Positions 42,033 through 52,410 are shown, numbered from the stretch's first letter. The stretch is 64,000 nucleotides of DNA from Pseudomonadota bacterium (GCA_039039885.1 JBCCPG010000007.1:34065-98064); one strand, 5' to 3'. Notes: a model not told the origin generated them from the sequence alone. Made by a program: numbers and translations.

Positions 42033-42116
42033 GCCCCCTCACGTGGATCACGACGAGTATAGGCCGACAGTGAGACGTCGCAATCGCTAAGCGACAGCAA
42101 GCGTAGAGACCTGGTT

Positions 42117-42848
42117 TCAGCCTTTTGCGAGCTTGCGCTCAATTGCGGTCCACAATTGCGCAAAAGCGCGCGCAGCTGGCGAACGTGGAGCAAATGCGCC
42201 GATAGGCTTACGCTCAACCGCGCATAGTTCAATCGCGCTCGCCAAAGGAACCACGGGCCAACGCGGATTGGCCTCGCGCGCCTGGTTGTGCAGGTTCCGG
42301 CGCATATCAAGCATCGACAAGACGGGCAGAATTGGCGGGTGGCTTTTCCCGCTCCCTCGGACTTCAGCAACCACTTGGTCAAAGGCGCGCGTTGAGAGCG
42401 GTGATGGCGGCAACGGCACAATCACGAGGTCGGCGGCACGCATCACTTGGGCGCTAACCTCATTGAGCACTGGTGGGCAATCAAAGATGATCCGGTCGAA
42501 GTCCTTCGACAAAGTCTCAACCAATTTGGAAAGCCGCTTCTTCTTGCCGATCCGCGCAAACTGGCGGTCAAGCGTGCGAATGCTCTCATCAGCGGGTAGG
42601 AGGCTGAGATTGGAATATTTTGTTTTGCGGATCAGCTTTGAAGGCTTGCGGTTCTGATCAAAGACGCTTTCCGCAGTGCGCTTCTTCTTGGGATCCACAT
42701 CGAGCAGAAAGCCAGAGCCATTAGCTGCGTCGAGATCCCACAAAAGTGTCTCGCGCCGCGAGATCATAGCTGCGCACCAGGCAAGGTTTACGGCAAAGGT
42801 GGTCTTTCCGACCCCGCCTTTAACGCTGTAAACTGCTATTGAAGCCAT
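42117..42848 (-). CDS. ParA/Soj-family ATPase (orphan)
   Basis: KGGVGKTT deviant Walker A, DLD, DCPP. Confidence 0.9.
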   Translation of the reverse strand: MASIAVYSVKGGVGKTTFAVNLAWCAAMISRRETLLWDLDAANGSGFLLDVDPKKKRTAESVFDQNRKPSKLIRKTKYSNLSLLPADESIRTLDRQFARIGKKKRLSKLVETLSKDFDRIIFDCPPVLNEVSAQVMRAADLVIVPLPPSPLSTRAFDQVVAEVRGSGKSHPPILPVLSMLDMRRNLHNQAREANPRWPVVPLASAIELCAVERKPIGAFAPRSPAARAFAQLWTAIERKLAKG

Positions 42849-42919
42849 TTCTGCTGCCCCTCGCGGTGCCTAACTCGCTGTTGACGCCTTACCGAGCCAA
42901 TATGGCATGAGCCAGAACG

Positions 42920-42947
42920 AAAAAGGCCACCTAAATGGCGGCCTTTT
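42920..42947 (-). terminator. Intrinsic terminator after rpoZ
   Basis: Minus strand AAAAGGCCGCC-ATTTA-GGTGGCCTTTTT. Confidence 0.75.
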
Positions 42948-42986
42948 CATTTCGGGACATGTCGTCCTGATGGCTTAAACCAGCGA

Positions 42987-43331
42987 TCAGCCGTCGTAAT
43001 CGGCACCGATCGAGGTTGAACGGGTCGGAGCGCTTGCGGTGATGCGCAGTGCTTCTGCCGACTGGCTGAGCGAGCCGATTTCATCGGCATCATCTTCATC
43101 GTCAGGCAGGATCTTCTGCAGGCCGGTCACGAGCGATTCCTTGAGCTCTTTCGGCTTAATCGTTTGTTCGGCGATCTCACGCAAGGCGATGACCGGGTTC
43201 TTGTCACGATCCTTATCAATCGTCAGCTCACTGCCGCCCGAAATCTCACGTGCGCGCTGTGCAGCGAGCAGAACGAGATCAAAACGGTTTGGAACCTTGT
43301 CGACGCAATCTTCAACGGTAACGCGTGCCAT
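42987..43331 (-). CDS. rpoZ: RNA polymerase omega subunit
   Basis: [37 protein letters not shown]. Confidence 0.98.
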   Translation of the reverse strand: MARVTVEDCVDKVPNRFDLVLLAAQRAREISGGSELTIDKDRDKNPVIALREIAEQTIKPKELKESLVTGLQKILPDDEDDADEIGSLSQSAEALRITASAPTRSTSIGADYDG

Positions 43332-43439
43332 CGTGTGAGGCCTTCTGTGAGCTTGAATTTCTGGAAGGAAGTCGAGCTAGGCGCGAGCGGTGCGAAAGTC
43401 AATGATTCTTGGTGCGGGGCAACGCAATCAGAAGCCGCC

Positions 43440-44948
43440 TTATTCAAAGCCCCAATCAGAATAATCCTTGAAATTGGGCGAGGTGAACTTGGTAAACTCA
43501 CTCTGGAACAGCAGCGGCACATTACCCGTAGAACCGTGGCGTTGCTTGGCGATGTTGACGGCCGCCTTTCCTTTCTTCTCCTCGTATTTCTCCTCCCATG
43601 CACGGTATTCCTCAATCGCTTCAGGCGTGCTGGTTTCGGTCGGAAAATCGGGTTTGATAGCTTCGAGGTAATAGTCGTCGCGATAGACGAACCACACCAT
43701 ATCGGCGTCCTGTTCGATCGAGCCCGATTCTCTCAGATCAGATAGCATCGGGCGCTTGTCTTCACGCTGCTCCACCGCACGGCTGAGCTGTGAAAGCGCG
43801 ATCACCGGCACGCTCAGCTCCTTGGCGAGCGTCTTAAGGCCGCGGCTAATCTCGGAGATTTCGTTGACGCGGTTGTCATTCGCTCGGCCAGAACCTTGCA
43901 GCAACTGAAGATAATCAACCACAATCAGGCCGATATCGTGCCGCCGCTTTAGCCTTCGCGCGCGAGTTCTTAGAGCGGCGATCGTCAGCGCAGGCGTGTC
44001 GTCGATATAGAGCGGCAATTCGGCAAGGCGCTGGCTGGCATAGCTGAGCTGCTGGAACTCATCGCGGTCCATCTTGCCGCTGCGCAGCGATTCTGAACTG
44101 ATCTCGGCCTGCTCGGCAAGGATACGCGTAGCGAGCTGGTCGGCGCTCATTTCGAGGCTGAAGAAAGCAGCCGGCGCACCATAATTAAAGTCGCCGCCAT
44201 CGCGCTGCCATTGCAGATGCGCTTCGGCACAATTGAAGGCGATGTTGGTGGCGAGCGAGGTTTTGCCCATGCCCGGACGCCCGGCAAGGATGATCAGGTC
44301 CGATTCGTGCAGGCCTGATGTCTTGCGATCGATTGAATCGAGACCCGTCGTCTTGCCCGAAAGGCCCCCGCCTGAATTCATCGCCGCTTCGACCATCTTG
44401 ATCGCAGTCAGCGAAGCTTCGCGGAAAGTCTCTGCTTCTTTGCCCGTCGCCGCGCCCTCTGCGACGCGGTAGAGATCGGCTTCCGCTTGGGCGATCCGGT
44501 CAACCGGACTGGTCTCCTCCGACGTGTCGAGCGCGCCTTCAACAAGGCCGCGTCCCACGCTCACCAGCTCCCGCAGCAGTGCAAGATCATAGATCTGCTG
44601 GGCCAATTCGCGCGGGGCGAGCAGGCCTGCGCCATTGGCGGTCAGTTGCGCGAGATATTTGGGTCCGCCCAGCTCTTTCAGCGCTTCGTCCGCTTCAAAA
44701 TGCGGGCGCAAGGTCACGGGCGACGCGGTCGCATTGCGCTCTAGTAGAGCAAGGATACGCTCATAGATGCGTTCATGCAGCGGTTCGAAGAAATGCTCAG
44801 GCCGAATTGGCGTCTGCAATTCCTCGACCACGCGGTTGTCGATCAGCACCGCGCCAAGAAATGCAGCCTCCGCTTCAAGGTTGGAGGGGAGCTTACGCGA
44901 GGTGTCAGTCTCTGATTCGACCAGAGTGAGAGGTTTGGGATCGGCCAT
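43440..44948 (-). CDS. dnaB: Replicative DNA helicase
   Basis: AGRPGMGKT, FSLEMS, VDYLQL, LSQLSR, SDLRESGSIEQDAD, AKQRHG. Confidence 0.97.
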   Translation of the reverse strand: MADPKPLTLVESETDTSRKLPSNLEAEAAFLGAVLIDNRVVEELQTPIRPEHFFEPLHERIYERILALLERNATASPVTLRPHFEADEALKELGGPKYLAQLTANGAGLLAPRELAQQIYDLALLRELVSVGRGLVEGALDTSEETSPVDRIAQAEADLYRVAEGAATGKEAETFREASLTAIKMVEAAMNSGGGLSGKTTGLDSIDRKTSGLHESDLIILAGRPGMGKTSLATNIAFNCAEAHLQWQRDGGDFNYGAPAAFFSLEMSADQLATRILAEQAEISSESLRSGKMDRDEFQQLSYASQRLAELPLYIDDTPALTIAALRTRARRLKRRHDIGLIVVDYLQLLQGSGRANDNRVNEISEISRGLKTLAKELSVPVIALSQLSRAVEQREDKRPMLSDLRESGSIEQDADMVWFVYRDDYYLEAIKPDFPTETSTPEAIEEYRAWEEKYEEKKGKAAVNIAKQRHGSTGNVPLLFQSEFTKFTSPNFKDYSDWGFE

Positions 44949-45093
44949 GCCTTCTGATGGGCTGATCCATGGCTTCGGGCAAGCGCTACATCAGACGAAA
45001 TTTTAGGCGCGACCTGTGGATTGCGGGGATTGCTTAGGCCTGATTGCTCGAAGAGCTTGAAGTGTGACCTCTCGATCTGCGAAGGCAAAGGTG

Positions 45094-45609
45094 ATGAGTG
45101 CGCCGTCATCCGATTCCGCGAGTCCTCCTGGGAACCATCGCATTGTCCATATCGAGCTCGATGAGGAGACGATTCTGTGGCGCAATGCTGATGTCGAACA
45201 GGAACGTCGGGTCGCAATCTACGATCTTATCGAAGAGAACAGCTTCAAGCCGGTGCGCAGCGCAGAGCGGGGAGCCAAGGGCCCATACCGTCTCAGTCTT
45301 GCCGTGCGCGACGGGCGTCTGGCGATGGACATTGCCGATAAGGAAGATGCGCCGCTTGAAACACTGTTGATTGGGCTTGCGCGATTCCGCCGTCCGATCC
45401 GTGAGTATTTTGCGATTTGCGACAGCTACTACCAGGCGATCCGCAAGGCGACGCCTGCCGAGATCGAAACGATCGATATGGCGCGGCGCGGCATTCACAA
45501 CAATGCAGCAGAACTCTTGGTTGAGCGGCTGGAGGGTAAGGTCGAAACCGACTTCGCAACGGCGCGTCGCTTGTTCACGCTGATCTGCGTGCTCCATATC
45601 AAGGGCTAG
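45094..45609 (+). CDS. UPF0262 family protein
   Basis: EQERRVAIYDL, YF.IC.SYY.AI, IETIDM.RRG.HN, TARRLFTLIC.L. Confidence 0.88.
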   Translation: MSAPSSDSASPPGNHRIVHIELDEETILWRNADVEQERRVAIYDLIEENSFKPVRSAERGAKGPYRLSLAVRDGRLAMDIADKEDAPLETLLIGLARFRRPIREYFAICDSYYQAIRKATPAEIETIDMARRGIHNNAAELLVERLEGKVETDFATARRLFTLICVLHIKG

Positions 45610-45617
45610 GCCGCGCA

Positions 45618-46331
45618 ATGGCTCGTAAGAAGAAGAGTTCCGGCGGCTGGTTGCGGTGGCTGTTTCGACTTGCGGCGCTGGCGGTCTTGATAGCCGCCGG
45701 ATTCGCCGCTTGGCTGTGGTGGGATATGCGCTCCTGGCGCCCTGACCCGGCGCTTTATCCAGAGCAGGGCGCTGCGATTGCCAGCGGTGCTTCAGGCACG
45801 AGGTTCGAAACGCTGCGCGCGATCGGAGCGGACTTTGTCTATCTCGAGCTTGCCAGCGCGAGCCGGGCACCCGATCCTGGCTTCGCGGCGCGCCTCGCCA
45901 ATGCCCGTGCGACGGACCTTAGTGTTGGTGTGGTCCAGCCGTTCGATCCATGCCTTAAGGCTGATCAGCAATCCGCGCGCTTTACCCGAATGGTGCCGCG
46001 CGATGGCGATTTGCTGCCCCCCGCACTGGCGCTGTTGCAGACCGGATCGGATTGCCTGCCAGCGGTGAGCGCTGCGGCTGTGGAAAGCGAGCTGATGACG
46101 CTGATCAATCAGATCGAGATGCATGCTGGTAAGCCCGTGATCCTCAAGCTTGGCAGTGAGTTCGAAGCTAGGCACGGTACAGCACGGACGACGGCGCGGG
46201 ACCTATGGCTGATCCGTGATCGCGCCCGCCCAGACTATGCAGGGCGGCCATGGCTGCTATGGAGCGCCAACAGTCAGTTGGTCAGCGAGGCCGATGAGGA
46301 GGCAATCGAATGGGTGGTAATCCAGAGATAG
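45618..46331 (+). CDS. GH25 (muramidase)-fold protein, membrane-anchored, catalytic residues degenerate
   Basis: YP.QG, ADFVYL, DP.F, LPPAL, W.LW pattern matches GH25 layout; GIDVS and DxE acids are absent. Confidence 0.72.
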   Translation: MARKKKSSGGWLRWLFRLAALAVLIAAGFAAWLWWDMRSWRPDPALYPEQGAAIASGASGTRFETLRAIGADFVYLELASASRAPDPGFAARLANARATDLSVGVVQPFDPCLKADQQSARFTRMVPRDGDLLPPALALLQTGSDCLPAVSAAAVESELMTLINQIEMHAGKPVILKLGSEFEARHGTARTTARDLWLIRDRARPDYAGRPWLLWSANSQLVSEADEEAIEWVVIQR

Positions 46332-46762
46332 ACCCGGCATTGTCGGAAACCGAGACCCAGCTTATCGCGGCAGCGCGAGAAGCCGCTGAGCAGGCCTATG
46401 CACCTTATTCCGATTATCACGTCGGCTCCGCTTTGCTGTTCGACGATGGCGAAGTCATCACTGGCTCCAATGTCGAAAATGCCAGCTATGGTCTTGCACT
46501 TTGCGCAGAATCGGTGGCGGTCGCTCGTGCGTTTGGTGAGGGCCGACGCGGAGGCCTTAAATTGGTCGCTGTGGTCGGCCCGCTCGACAAGGGAGATGGT
46601 GCGCCGATCACCCCATGCGGGCGTTGCCGCCAAGTGCTCAACGAAATGGCACAGCTTGGGGGAACAGATCCGCTGGTGCTGTGCGTAGGTGAGAACGAAG
46701 TTCGCCGGGTGCGCTTGTCTGAGCTCCTACCTTATGCGTTTGGACCGGCACACCTTGAGTAA
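46310..46762 (+). CDS. cdd: Cytidine deaminase
   Basis: AYAPYS, NVENASYG...CAE, PCGRCRQ. Confidence 0.95.
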   Translation: MGGNPEIDPALSETETQLIAAAREAAEQAYAPYSDYHVGSALLFDDGEVITGSNVENASYGLALCAESVAVARAFGEGRRGGLKLVAVVGPLDKGDGAPITPCGRCRQVLNEMAQLGGTDPLVLCVGENEVRRVRLSELLPYAFGPAHLE

Positions 46763-47741
46763 GTTCCTTCTCGCTTTTGTCGTCTTGCTACTTGGCACGC
46801 CTCTGGCGGCGCAGCCCTCTGAGCAAGCCGACCTTAAGCTTGGGCTAGAGGAGCAGCTGGCCGTGTGGCTTGAATGGTTCCCAGGGCGGTATGACAGCTT
46901 TGAACAAACCCATCTTCAGGTCCAAGCGGGCTTGCCGGAAGATGCGCGCAATTATCGCCGCCATTCGGTATTTAGACGAGTTGAGCTGCCTTTCCTCGCA
47001 GGCATCACCTTTTACGCAGAGCAGCGCCGTTGGCTTGAAGGAACGGGATTTGAAGGCGAGGTCTATCGTCAGCGGATCTATTCGGTCACACTTGATGAAG
47101 AACGCCAAGCGATCCGATTGCGGGTCCATGTGCCGCGCGAACAAAACCCGTTGCTAGGCGCCTATGTTGAGCCGACCAGACTGGCAGCTCTTAGCCCCGA
47201 TGACCTCGCTGTATGGCCGGGCTGCGATGTGTTCTGGAATCTTGAAGGTGGGCATTTCATCGGGCGTCTTGATGCCGGAGCGTGCCGCTTCACCTCGCCT
47301 GCCTATGGGCAGGAGATTCAGCTTGAGGAATATCTCCTTTTATCCCAGCGCGAGATACATTTTGCCGATCGCGGGCTTTCCATGGCGGGCGAGTATCTGT
47401 TCGGGATGCGCGGTGACACGCCGACGATAGCGGTGCGTGCGCGTGGCTTCGTTTGCGATGTCACCGATGACATGAGGCTTGGCGATCGCCGCAATATTCC
47501 GACACATGACCAGGGCGGTCTCGTTTTGCTCGATACACCGCTTGAAGACGGCACCGCGCCACTGAGGATGCGCCTCAGCGTGATTGGCGGTGCGCTCCGA
47601 CTTGACCTGCTTGCAGCGGGCGTGGAAGGCGAACCGCTTGCGCGCGCCTCGGCGCCGCCTGATGCCGAAATCATCGGGTTGGAGCTGGGCGGAATTGCAG
47701 TGCAATGCCGCCATGACCCGCAGGTGTTGTTCGCGAATTAG
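46755..47741 (+). CDS. Secreted CpcT/CpeT-like (chromophore-lyase fold) protein
   Basis: Signal peptide; G.YD..EQ, FY.EQ, YRQR.Y, GCDVFW, F.G.....C, DRG motifs; TTG start inferred. Confidence 0.6.
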   Translation: MSKFLLAFVVLLLGTPLAAQPSEQADLKLGLEEQLAVWLEWFPGRYDSFEQTHLQVQAGLPEDARNYRRHSVFRRVELPFLAGITFYAEQRRWLEGTGFEGEVYRQRIYSVTLDEERQAIRLRVHVPREQNPLLGAYVEPTRLAALSPDDLAVWPGCDVFWNLEGGHFIGRLDAGACRFTSPAYGQEIQLEEYLLLSQREIHFADRGLSMAGEYLFGMRGDTPTIAVRARGFVCDVTDDMRLGDRRNIPTHDQGGLVLLDTPLEDGTAPLRMRLSVIGGALRLDLLAAGVEGEPLARASAPPDAEIIGLELGGIAVQCRHDPQVLFAN

Positions 47742-47744
47742 AGC

Positions 47745-48440
47745 CTAACTGCCCAGCAGGCCGCCAATTGGATCATCGCGAAAGCCGCGTTCTTCTGCGC
47801 CGATATAGGAAAAGATTCCATCCAGCCCTTGATCAGTGACCGTTCGATTGATCTTCTCTCGGTCGAGCCCTGCGCGACGAATGAAGCTGTGCTGTTCGGC
47901 GAGCCCGTCAAAGGTCGAATAAACGCCTGCTGCTTCAAGCGCGCTATCGACCAAGGGTTCTAGCCGCTCGTGCAAGCGATCATTCGACGACCTGCGCAAA
48001 TACTGCGTCCCGCCATCTTTCTCGCGGATGATGCCGGGCGCATCGCTGAAGGAGAGATCGTCGATCGCGTCGCGGAAGACTGGTTTGGCCTCGCCCGCTG
48101 CGACACCGGCTGCATCGTTGATCCGGCGGGTGATCCCGTCGAGGATGCCCAGCTCGCTTCCCGCATTCAGGAGCGAGCCGAATAAACCCCTTCGCTCGCT
48201 TCCACCTCCGATAATGGGCAGGCCGATCCGAATATCTTCGTCGTCGTAAAAGGCGCCTGGCTCGGCAAGTTTGTCGAGCGCATTGTCGGTCGCGCGACCG
48301 AGGATGGATGAGAGGTTTAACCCTCCGCCACCCAGTAGATCGCCGAGGCTTTGAGCGGAGAGCGTTGATGGCATCGCGGCGAGCGTCCCAGCGCTCGCGA
48401 TAAATGCGATCATGGTGCGGCGGTGAATGTGCTGTGTCAT
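47745..48440 (-). CDS. DUF4197 domain protein (Tat-like signal)
   Basis: HRRT.I signal; GF......RI.LP, N.AA..A, DA.GI, LDG.F.YI..EE...R.DP. Confidence 0.8.
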   Translation of the reverse strand: MTQHIHRRTMIAFIASAGTLAAMPSTLSAQSLGDLLGGGGLNLSSILGRATDNALDKLAEPGAFYDDEDIRIGLPIIGGGSERRGLFGSLLNAGSELGILDGITRRINDAAGVAAGEAKPVFRDAIDDLSFSDAPGIIREKDGGTQYLRRSSNDRLHERLEPLVDSALEAAGVYSTFDGLAEQHSFIRRAGLDREKINRTVTDQGLDGIFSYIGAEERGFRDDPIGGLLGS

Positions 48441-48516
48441 GCGGCCTCTCCTAAGCTCTCATGACGAAGAGTAGCACATTTTCGCCGGGATTGCTGTGAA
48501 ACTGGTTGGAGGTCAA

Positions 48517-49656
48517 TTAGCCATCGCGCGTTTCAATCCACTCGACGAGGGCGGCAAGGCAATCGCGCGCGAGCATCTTGCAACGTTCGGGAGACCAGCC
48601 TTGCTCAGGCTCTGGGAAGTCGGCGAGATCCTTGTAAGGCATCTCTAACGTCATTGCGCAGGCTCCAAAGCGCTCCGCGACCTGGTTGGTGCTGATGCCA
48701 AGATTGGCGCGACCCTCGGGCGTCTTGGGGTAGCCGAGCTTGGTCTGGAAATCCGGCGTGCGGCGGTCAAGGATTGCTTCATAGCGGTAAAACTCGTCAC
48801 CCAACGCGTCGGTCCAGCTGGGGATGCCTTCAAACCCTGCAAGGAAGACCGCGGGGATCGCTTCATCGCCGTGCACGTCGATCGCGAAATCAACGCCGGT
48901 TTGATCCATGCGATCGCGGATGGCGAGAACCTCGGGAGACTTGTCCGCGCTTGGCTCAGCCCATTCGCGGTTCAGATTGGTTCCCACTGCATTGGTGCGC
49001 AAATGGCCCCGGCGCGACCCATCAGGATTACAGTTCGGCACGACATAGATTCGGCAATCGCGGCGCAGTGCCCGCGCGACTGGATCGGTCGGGTCGGTAA
49101 GGCATTCCAGCGCCCCTTCCATCCACCATTCCGCTTGCGTTTCGCCAGGATGCTGGCGCGCATAGAGCCACAGCTTCGTCTCACCTTCGCCCATTTCAAG
49201 CATGTCGAGAGGCTGACCATCGAGGGTCACGCCAAGCCGCACCAGATCAACCCCGTCGCAAGCTGCCGCTTCGGCGACGAGATCGTGGTGCCGCTCCATC
49301 GAATAAGGCGCAAAATATGCAAACCAGGCAGACGCCGCTGACGGAGTGTAGCGGATAGTGAGCGTGCCGTTGTCCTCATCCTTGTCAAAGCTCGAGGTGG
49401 TGCGCGCCCAATATTCGCGATCTTCTGAAACGCAGGCATCATATCCGGGCCAACCGCCAGGATAGGCAGTGTCGTTGAGCCCAGTGAGTTTAAGCTCAAT
49501 CTCTTCACCCTTCGCACCGGTCACGCGGAAGTGGAACCACTGGGCAAACTCGCTCATATGGTCTTTGGGAATGGCAAGCCGCGCGCGCGTTCCGTCGATC
49601 GACAGGACTTCGATATTGCCGCTGTCAAAGCCAGCGTCGATGGCGATTTCAGTCAT
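48517..49656 (-). CDS. M14 family cytosolic carboxypeptidase
   Basis: FDSGNI, FAPYS.ERH, ARQHPGE, NLNREW, DVHGDE, TLEMP. Confidence 0.92.
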   Translation of the reverse strand: MTEIAIDAGFDSGNIEVLSIDGTRARLAIPKDHMSEFAQWFHFRVTGAKGEEIELKLTGLNDTAYPGGWPGYDACVSEDREYWARTTSSFDKDEDNGTLTIRYTPSAASAWFAYFAPYSMERHHDLVAEAAACDGVDLVRLGVTLDGQPLDMLEMGEGETKLWLYARQHPGETQAEWWMEGALECLTDPTDPVARALRRDCRIYVVPNCNPDGSRRGHLRTNAVGTNLNREWAEPSADKSPEVLAIRDRMDQTGVDFAIDVHGDEAIPAVFLAGFEGIPSWTDALGDEFYRYEAILDRRTPDFQTKLGYPKTPEGRANLGISTNQVAERFGACAMTLEMPYKDLADFPEPEQGWSPERCKMLARDCLAALVEWIETRDG

Positions 49657-49682
49657 GTAGGTCCCTGAGGGCTGTAAGGCGT

Positions 49683-50318
49683 CTAAAGATCGTCAACATC
49701 TATGCTGACGGTCTCGCCATTGCCACCGGGGAAGTCCTTAAACAAGGCAGCTGCCAATGCGCGCGCACTTGCATCCACATCGGCATAGGGCGATTTCATT
49801 GAAACCGGCTGCTGCGCGCGACCTTCCCATAGGCTTGCGCCGTCGGGCCCTGAGATGCGTACGGAGAGCTCGCTCAGCACATTTGGTCCCTGCTGGCCTC
49901 CTCCCAGATTGATGCCGATCCCAACGCCGACGCCGCTGCGATAGCCGCCCGTGCCGCCGCCCACGCCAACGCTCACCGGACCGCGCGAGCTGCCGGCGGC
50001 AAGCGGAGTGCGGCTGGTGCGGATCGTGGCAACCTGGATCCCGGCCCCTTCCTGATCAACGATAGTGTATCCAAGTGCGCTCAGCTCGCTCTCTACGGCA
50101 TCTGCAAAGATCGCTTGAGCCAGTTCATTCGACATCTCGTCTGGGAAATAGAGCACGATCGGGCCCTGACCTATCTCCGAACGCTGCTCAGCCACAAAGC
50201 GTGTGACCTCGACAGGTCCGGTGTAACTCCCGACACAAGCCGGCAATGCGAGCGCTGCGAGCGCGATGAGAGCGCTGCGTGTCATCAGGGGGAGGGCGGA
50301 GCGGGTGCGAGCAATCAT
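49683..50318 (-). CDS. DUF4136 domain lipoprotein
   Basis: Lipobox LPAC; Gly-rich SVGVGG...G.GVG.G, LWEGRA, LF.DFPG. Confidence 0.75.
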   Translation of the reverse strand: MIARTRSALPLMTRSALIALAALALPACVGSYTGPVEVTRFVAEQRSEIGQGPIVLYFPDEMSNELAQAIFADAVESELSALGYTIVDQEGAGIQVATIRTSRTPLAAGSSRGPVSVGVGGGTGGYRSGVGVGIGINLGGGQQGPNVLSELSVRISGPDGASLWEGRAQQPVSMKSPYADVDASARALAAALFKDFPGGNGETVSIDVDDL

Positions 50319-50437
50319 GGGAAACCAGGTCCTTTCTGTCCTGCGACTATAGAGTCAGATCGCGTCTGTGCAAAAGCACGGCGCGCAAAGGCGAAAGTTC
50401 ACCTTTAAGCAGGCGATCAGTGTTATGCGCTCCACCC

Positions 50438-51451
50438 ATGACTGAGACCTTAAAGCCCCCAGTTTTGGTAACCGGAGGTGCAGGCTATATTGGCAGCCAT
50501 GCGGTGCTTGCCCTGAAGGATTCAGGCTGGCCGGTGGCGGTGATCGACAATCTGTCGACGGGTTTTCGCTTCGCGGTGCCCGAGGATGTGCCTTTCTATG
50601 AGGGCGACATCGAGGATGCGGCGCTTCTCGCACGCATATTTGGCGAGCAAGGCACGCAGGCGATCATGCATTTTGCAGGCTCAATCGTCGTGCCTGAGAG
50701 CGTTGAGAACCCGCTCAAATATTATCACAACAACACCGTCAAAAGCCGAGCTGTGATCGCAGCGGCGGTTGACGCGGGCGTGCCGCATTTCATCTTCTCG
50801 TCCACCGCTGCCACCTATGGCGTGCCAGAGGTGGCGAAAGTGAGCGAGGACACGCCGCAGGCGCCGATCAATCCTTATGGCGCGTCCAAACTGATGACTG
50901 AGCAGATGCTTGGCGACACGGCGGCCGCGCATGACTTCAACTTCTGCGCTTTGCGATATTTCAATGTGGCGGGCGCTGATCCCCAGGCGCGAACCGGTCA
51001 GTCAACCGCCGGCGCAACGCATCTCATCAAGGTCGCGGTCGAGGCTTCACTGGGCAAGCGCGACGGGGTGAGCGTTTATGGCACTGACTTTGACACGCCT
51101 GATGGCACCGGGGTGCGAGACTACATTCATGTCAGCGATCTGGCGGCGGCGCATGTTCTGGCGCTGGAGGCACTGATCGCAAAGCCGCAGCGCTCCTTGA
51201 CCATGAATTGTGGTTATGGGCGCGGGTTTTCCGTGCTCGAAGTGCTCGATGCGGTCGACCGCGTTACCAACATGACGATTGAGCGGCGATTGGAGGGGAG
51301 GCGTGCGGGGGATCCAGCCTCGTTGATCTCCGATCCTTCGCTGCTGCGCGCGACCCTTCCTTGGGAACCCAAACACGCCGATCTCGACACGATCATCGCT
51401 CATGCGCTTGCCTGGGAGCGTAAACTGGCGGAATTGCGTACAAATGCTTGA
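50438..51451 (+). CDS. galE: UDP-glucose 4-epimerase
   Basis: TGGAGYIGSH, FSSTAA.YG, YGASK, LRYFN, DGT..RDYIHV. Confidence 0.96.
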   Translation: MTETLKPPVLVTGGAGYIGSHAVLALKDSGWPVAVIDNLSTGFRFAVPEDVPFYEGDIEDAALLARIFGEQGTQAIMHFAGSIVVPESVENPLKYYHNNTVKSRAVIAAAVDAGVPHFIFSSTAATYGVPEVAKVSEDTPQAPINPYGASKLMTEQMLGDTAAAHDFNFCALRYFNVAGADPQARTGQSTAGATHLIKVAVEASLGKRDGVSVYGTDFDTPDGTGVRDYIHVSDLAAAHVLALEALIAKPQRSLTMNCGYGRGFSVLEVLDAVDRVTNMTIERRLEGRRAGDPASLISDPSLLRATLPWEPKHADLDTIIAHALAWERKLAELRTNA

Positions 51452-51476
51452 CCAGAATCGCTAGGGGCGTTAAGCG
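51448..51476 (+). promoter_or_regulatory. Putative sigma70 promoter of ykgO
   Basis: TTGACC-N17-TAAGCG; lacks the -7 T, as is common in alphaproteobacteria. Confidence 0.5.
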
Positions 51477-51539
51477 CGCCTTCGAAATTCGAGAGCGCCG
51501 AGCGAGCCGCTTGGCGCCTTTTTGTTTGAGAGACTAACG

Positions 51540-51665
51540 ATGAAGATCCGCAACAGCCTTAAGTCGCTGAAGAACCGCCACCGCGATTGCCGCGTGATTC
51601 GCCGGCGCGGTCGCACCTACGTGATCAACAAGACCAACCGTCGTTTTAAAGCTCGCCAGGGCTAA
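51540..51665 (+). CDS. ykgO: 50S ribosomal protein L36, type B (not in ORF track)
   Basis: Manual translation [41 protein letters not shown]. Confidence 0.97.
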   Translation: MKIRNSLKSLKNRHRDCRVIRRRGRTYVINKTNRRFKARQG

Positions 51666-51766
51666 CTCGACGTTTTTGGCGACCGCTTTTCGGATAAGCG
51701 GTCAGCAACAAGCAGCGGCCCGCCTCCCTACCGGAGAGCGGGCCGCAGCTGTTTGAGGAGCTTGAT

Positions 51767-52384
51767 TTGGTGACAGATGCACCCAGAAAGGCGGTCGTCT
51801 TCGACGTTGGGCGAGTGCTGTTCCAATGGCAGCTTCGCGCTTTGTTCGAAAAACTGATCGACGACCCTGCCGAGCTTGACTGGTTCCTCGACAATGTCGT
51901 TACCGAGGAATGGCATTTCGAACATGATCGCGGACGGCCCTTGGCTGAGATGATCCCTGAGCGGATCGCGCAATTTCCCGATTACAAAGCCCATATCCAA
52001 GCCTATGGAGCGCGCTTCAACGAGACTGTGCCGGGGCCGGTTGAAGGCACGCTTGCTATCGTCGAGCGGCTTCACGCGAAGGGCGTTCCGCTCTTTTGTC
52101 TGACCAATTTCGGCCATGAGTTCTGGCAGGTCTTCCGACCGACGCAGCCGATATTTGATCTGTTCGATGACATTATCGTCTCAGGCACGGAAAAGATCGC
52201 CAAGCCAGAACCGCGCATCTACGAGATCGTCGAAGAACGCGTAGGCCGTCCAGGCGGTGATCTGTTCTTCACCGACGACAATGCAGCCAATATTGCCGCA
52301 GCCAAGGCCCGCGGCTGGGACGCGCATCTGTTTACCGACGCCGTCACGCTCGAAATGCAATTGTCAGCGGCTGGGTTTCTCTAG
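51767..52384 (+). CDS. HAD-family phosphatase
   Basis: VFDVGRVL motif I, LTNF, KPEP, F.DD...N. Confidence 0.9.
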   Translation: MVTDAPRKAVVFDVGRVLFQWQLRALFEKLIDDPAELDWFLDNVVTEEWHFEHDRGRPLAEMIPERIAQFPDYKAHIQAYGARFNETVPGPVEGTLAIVERLHAKGVPLFCLTNFGHEFWQVFRPTQPIFDLFDDIIVSGTEKIAKPEPRIYEIVEERVGRPGGDLFFTDDNAANIAAAKARGWDAHLFTDAVTLEMQLSAAGFL

Positions 52385-52410
52385 GTGCCCCCCTTGTCTG
52401 CTCCAGATAC

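Noticed and set aside
43440-44948. Intein in DnaB
   Set aside because: Normal length (502 aa) with contiguous helicase motifs
51540-51665. Zinc-free L36 as a sign of zinc-starvation paralogue switching
   Set aside because: Type B L36 is the usual form in alphaproteobacteria and no Zur box was recognised
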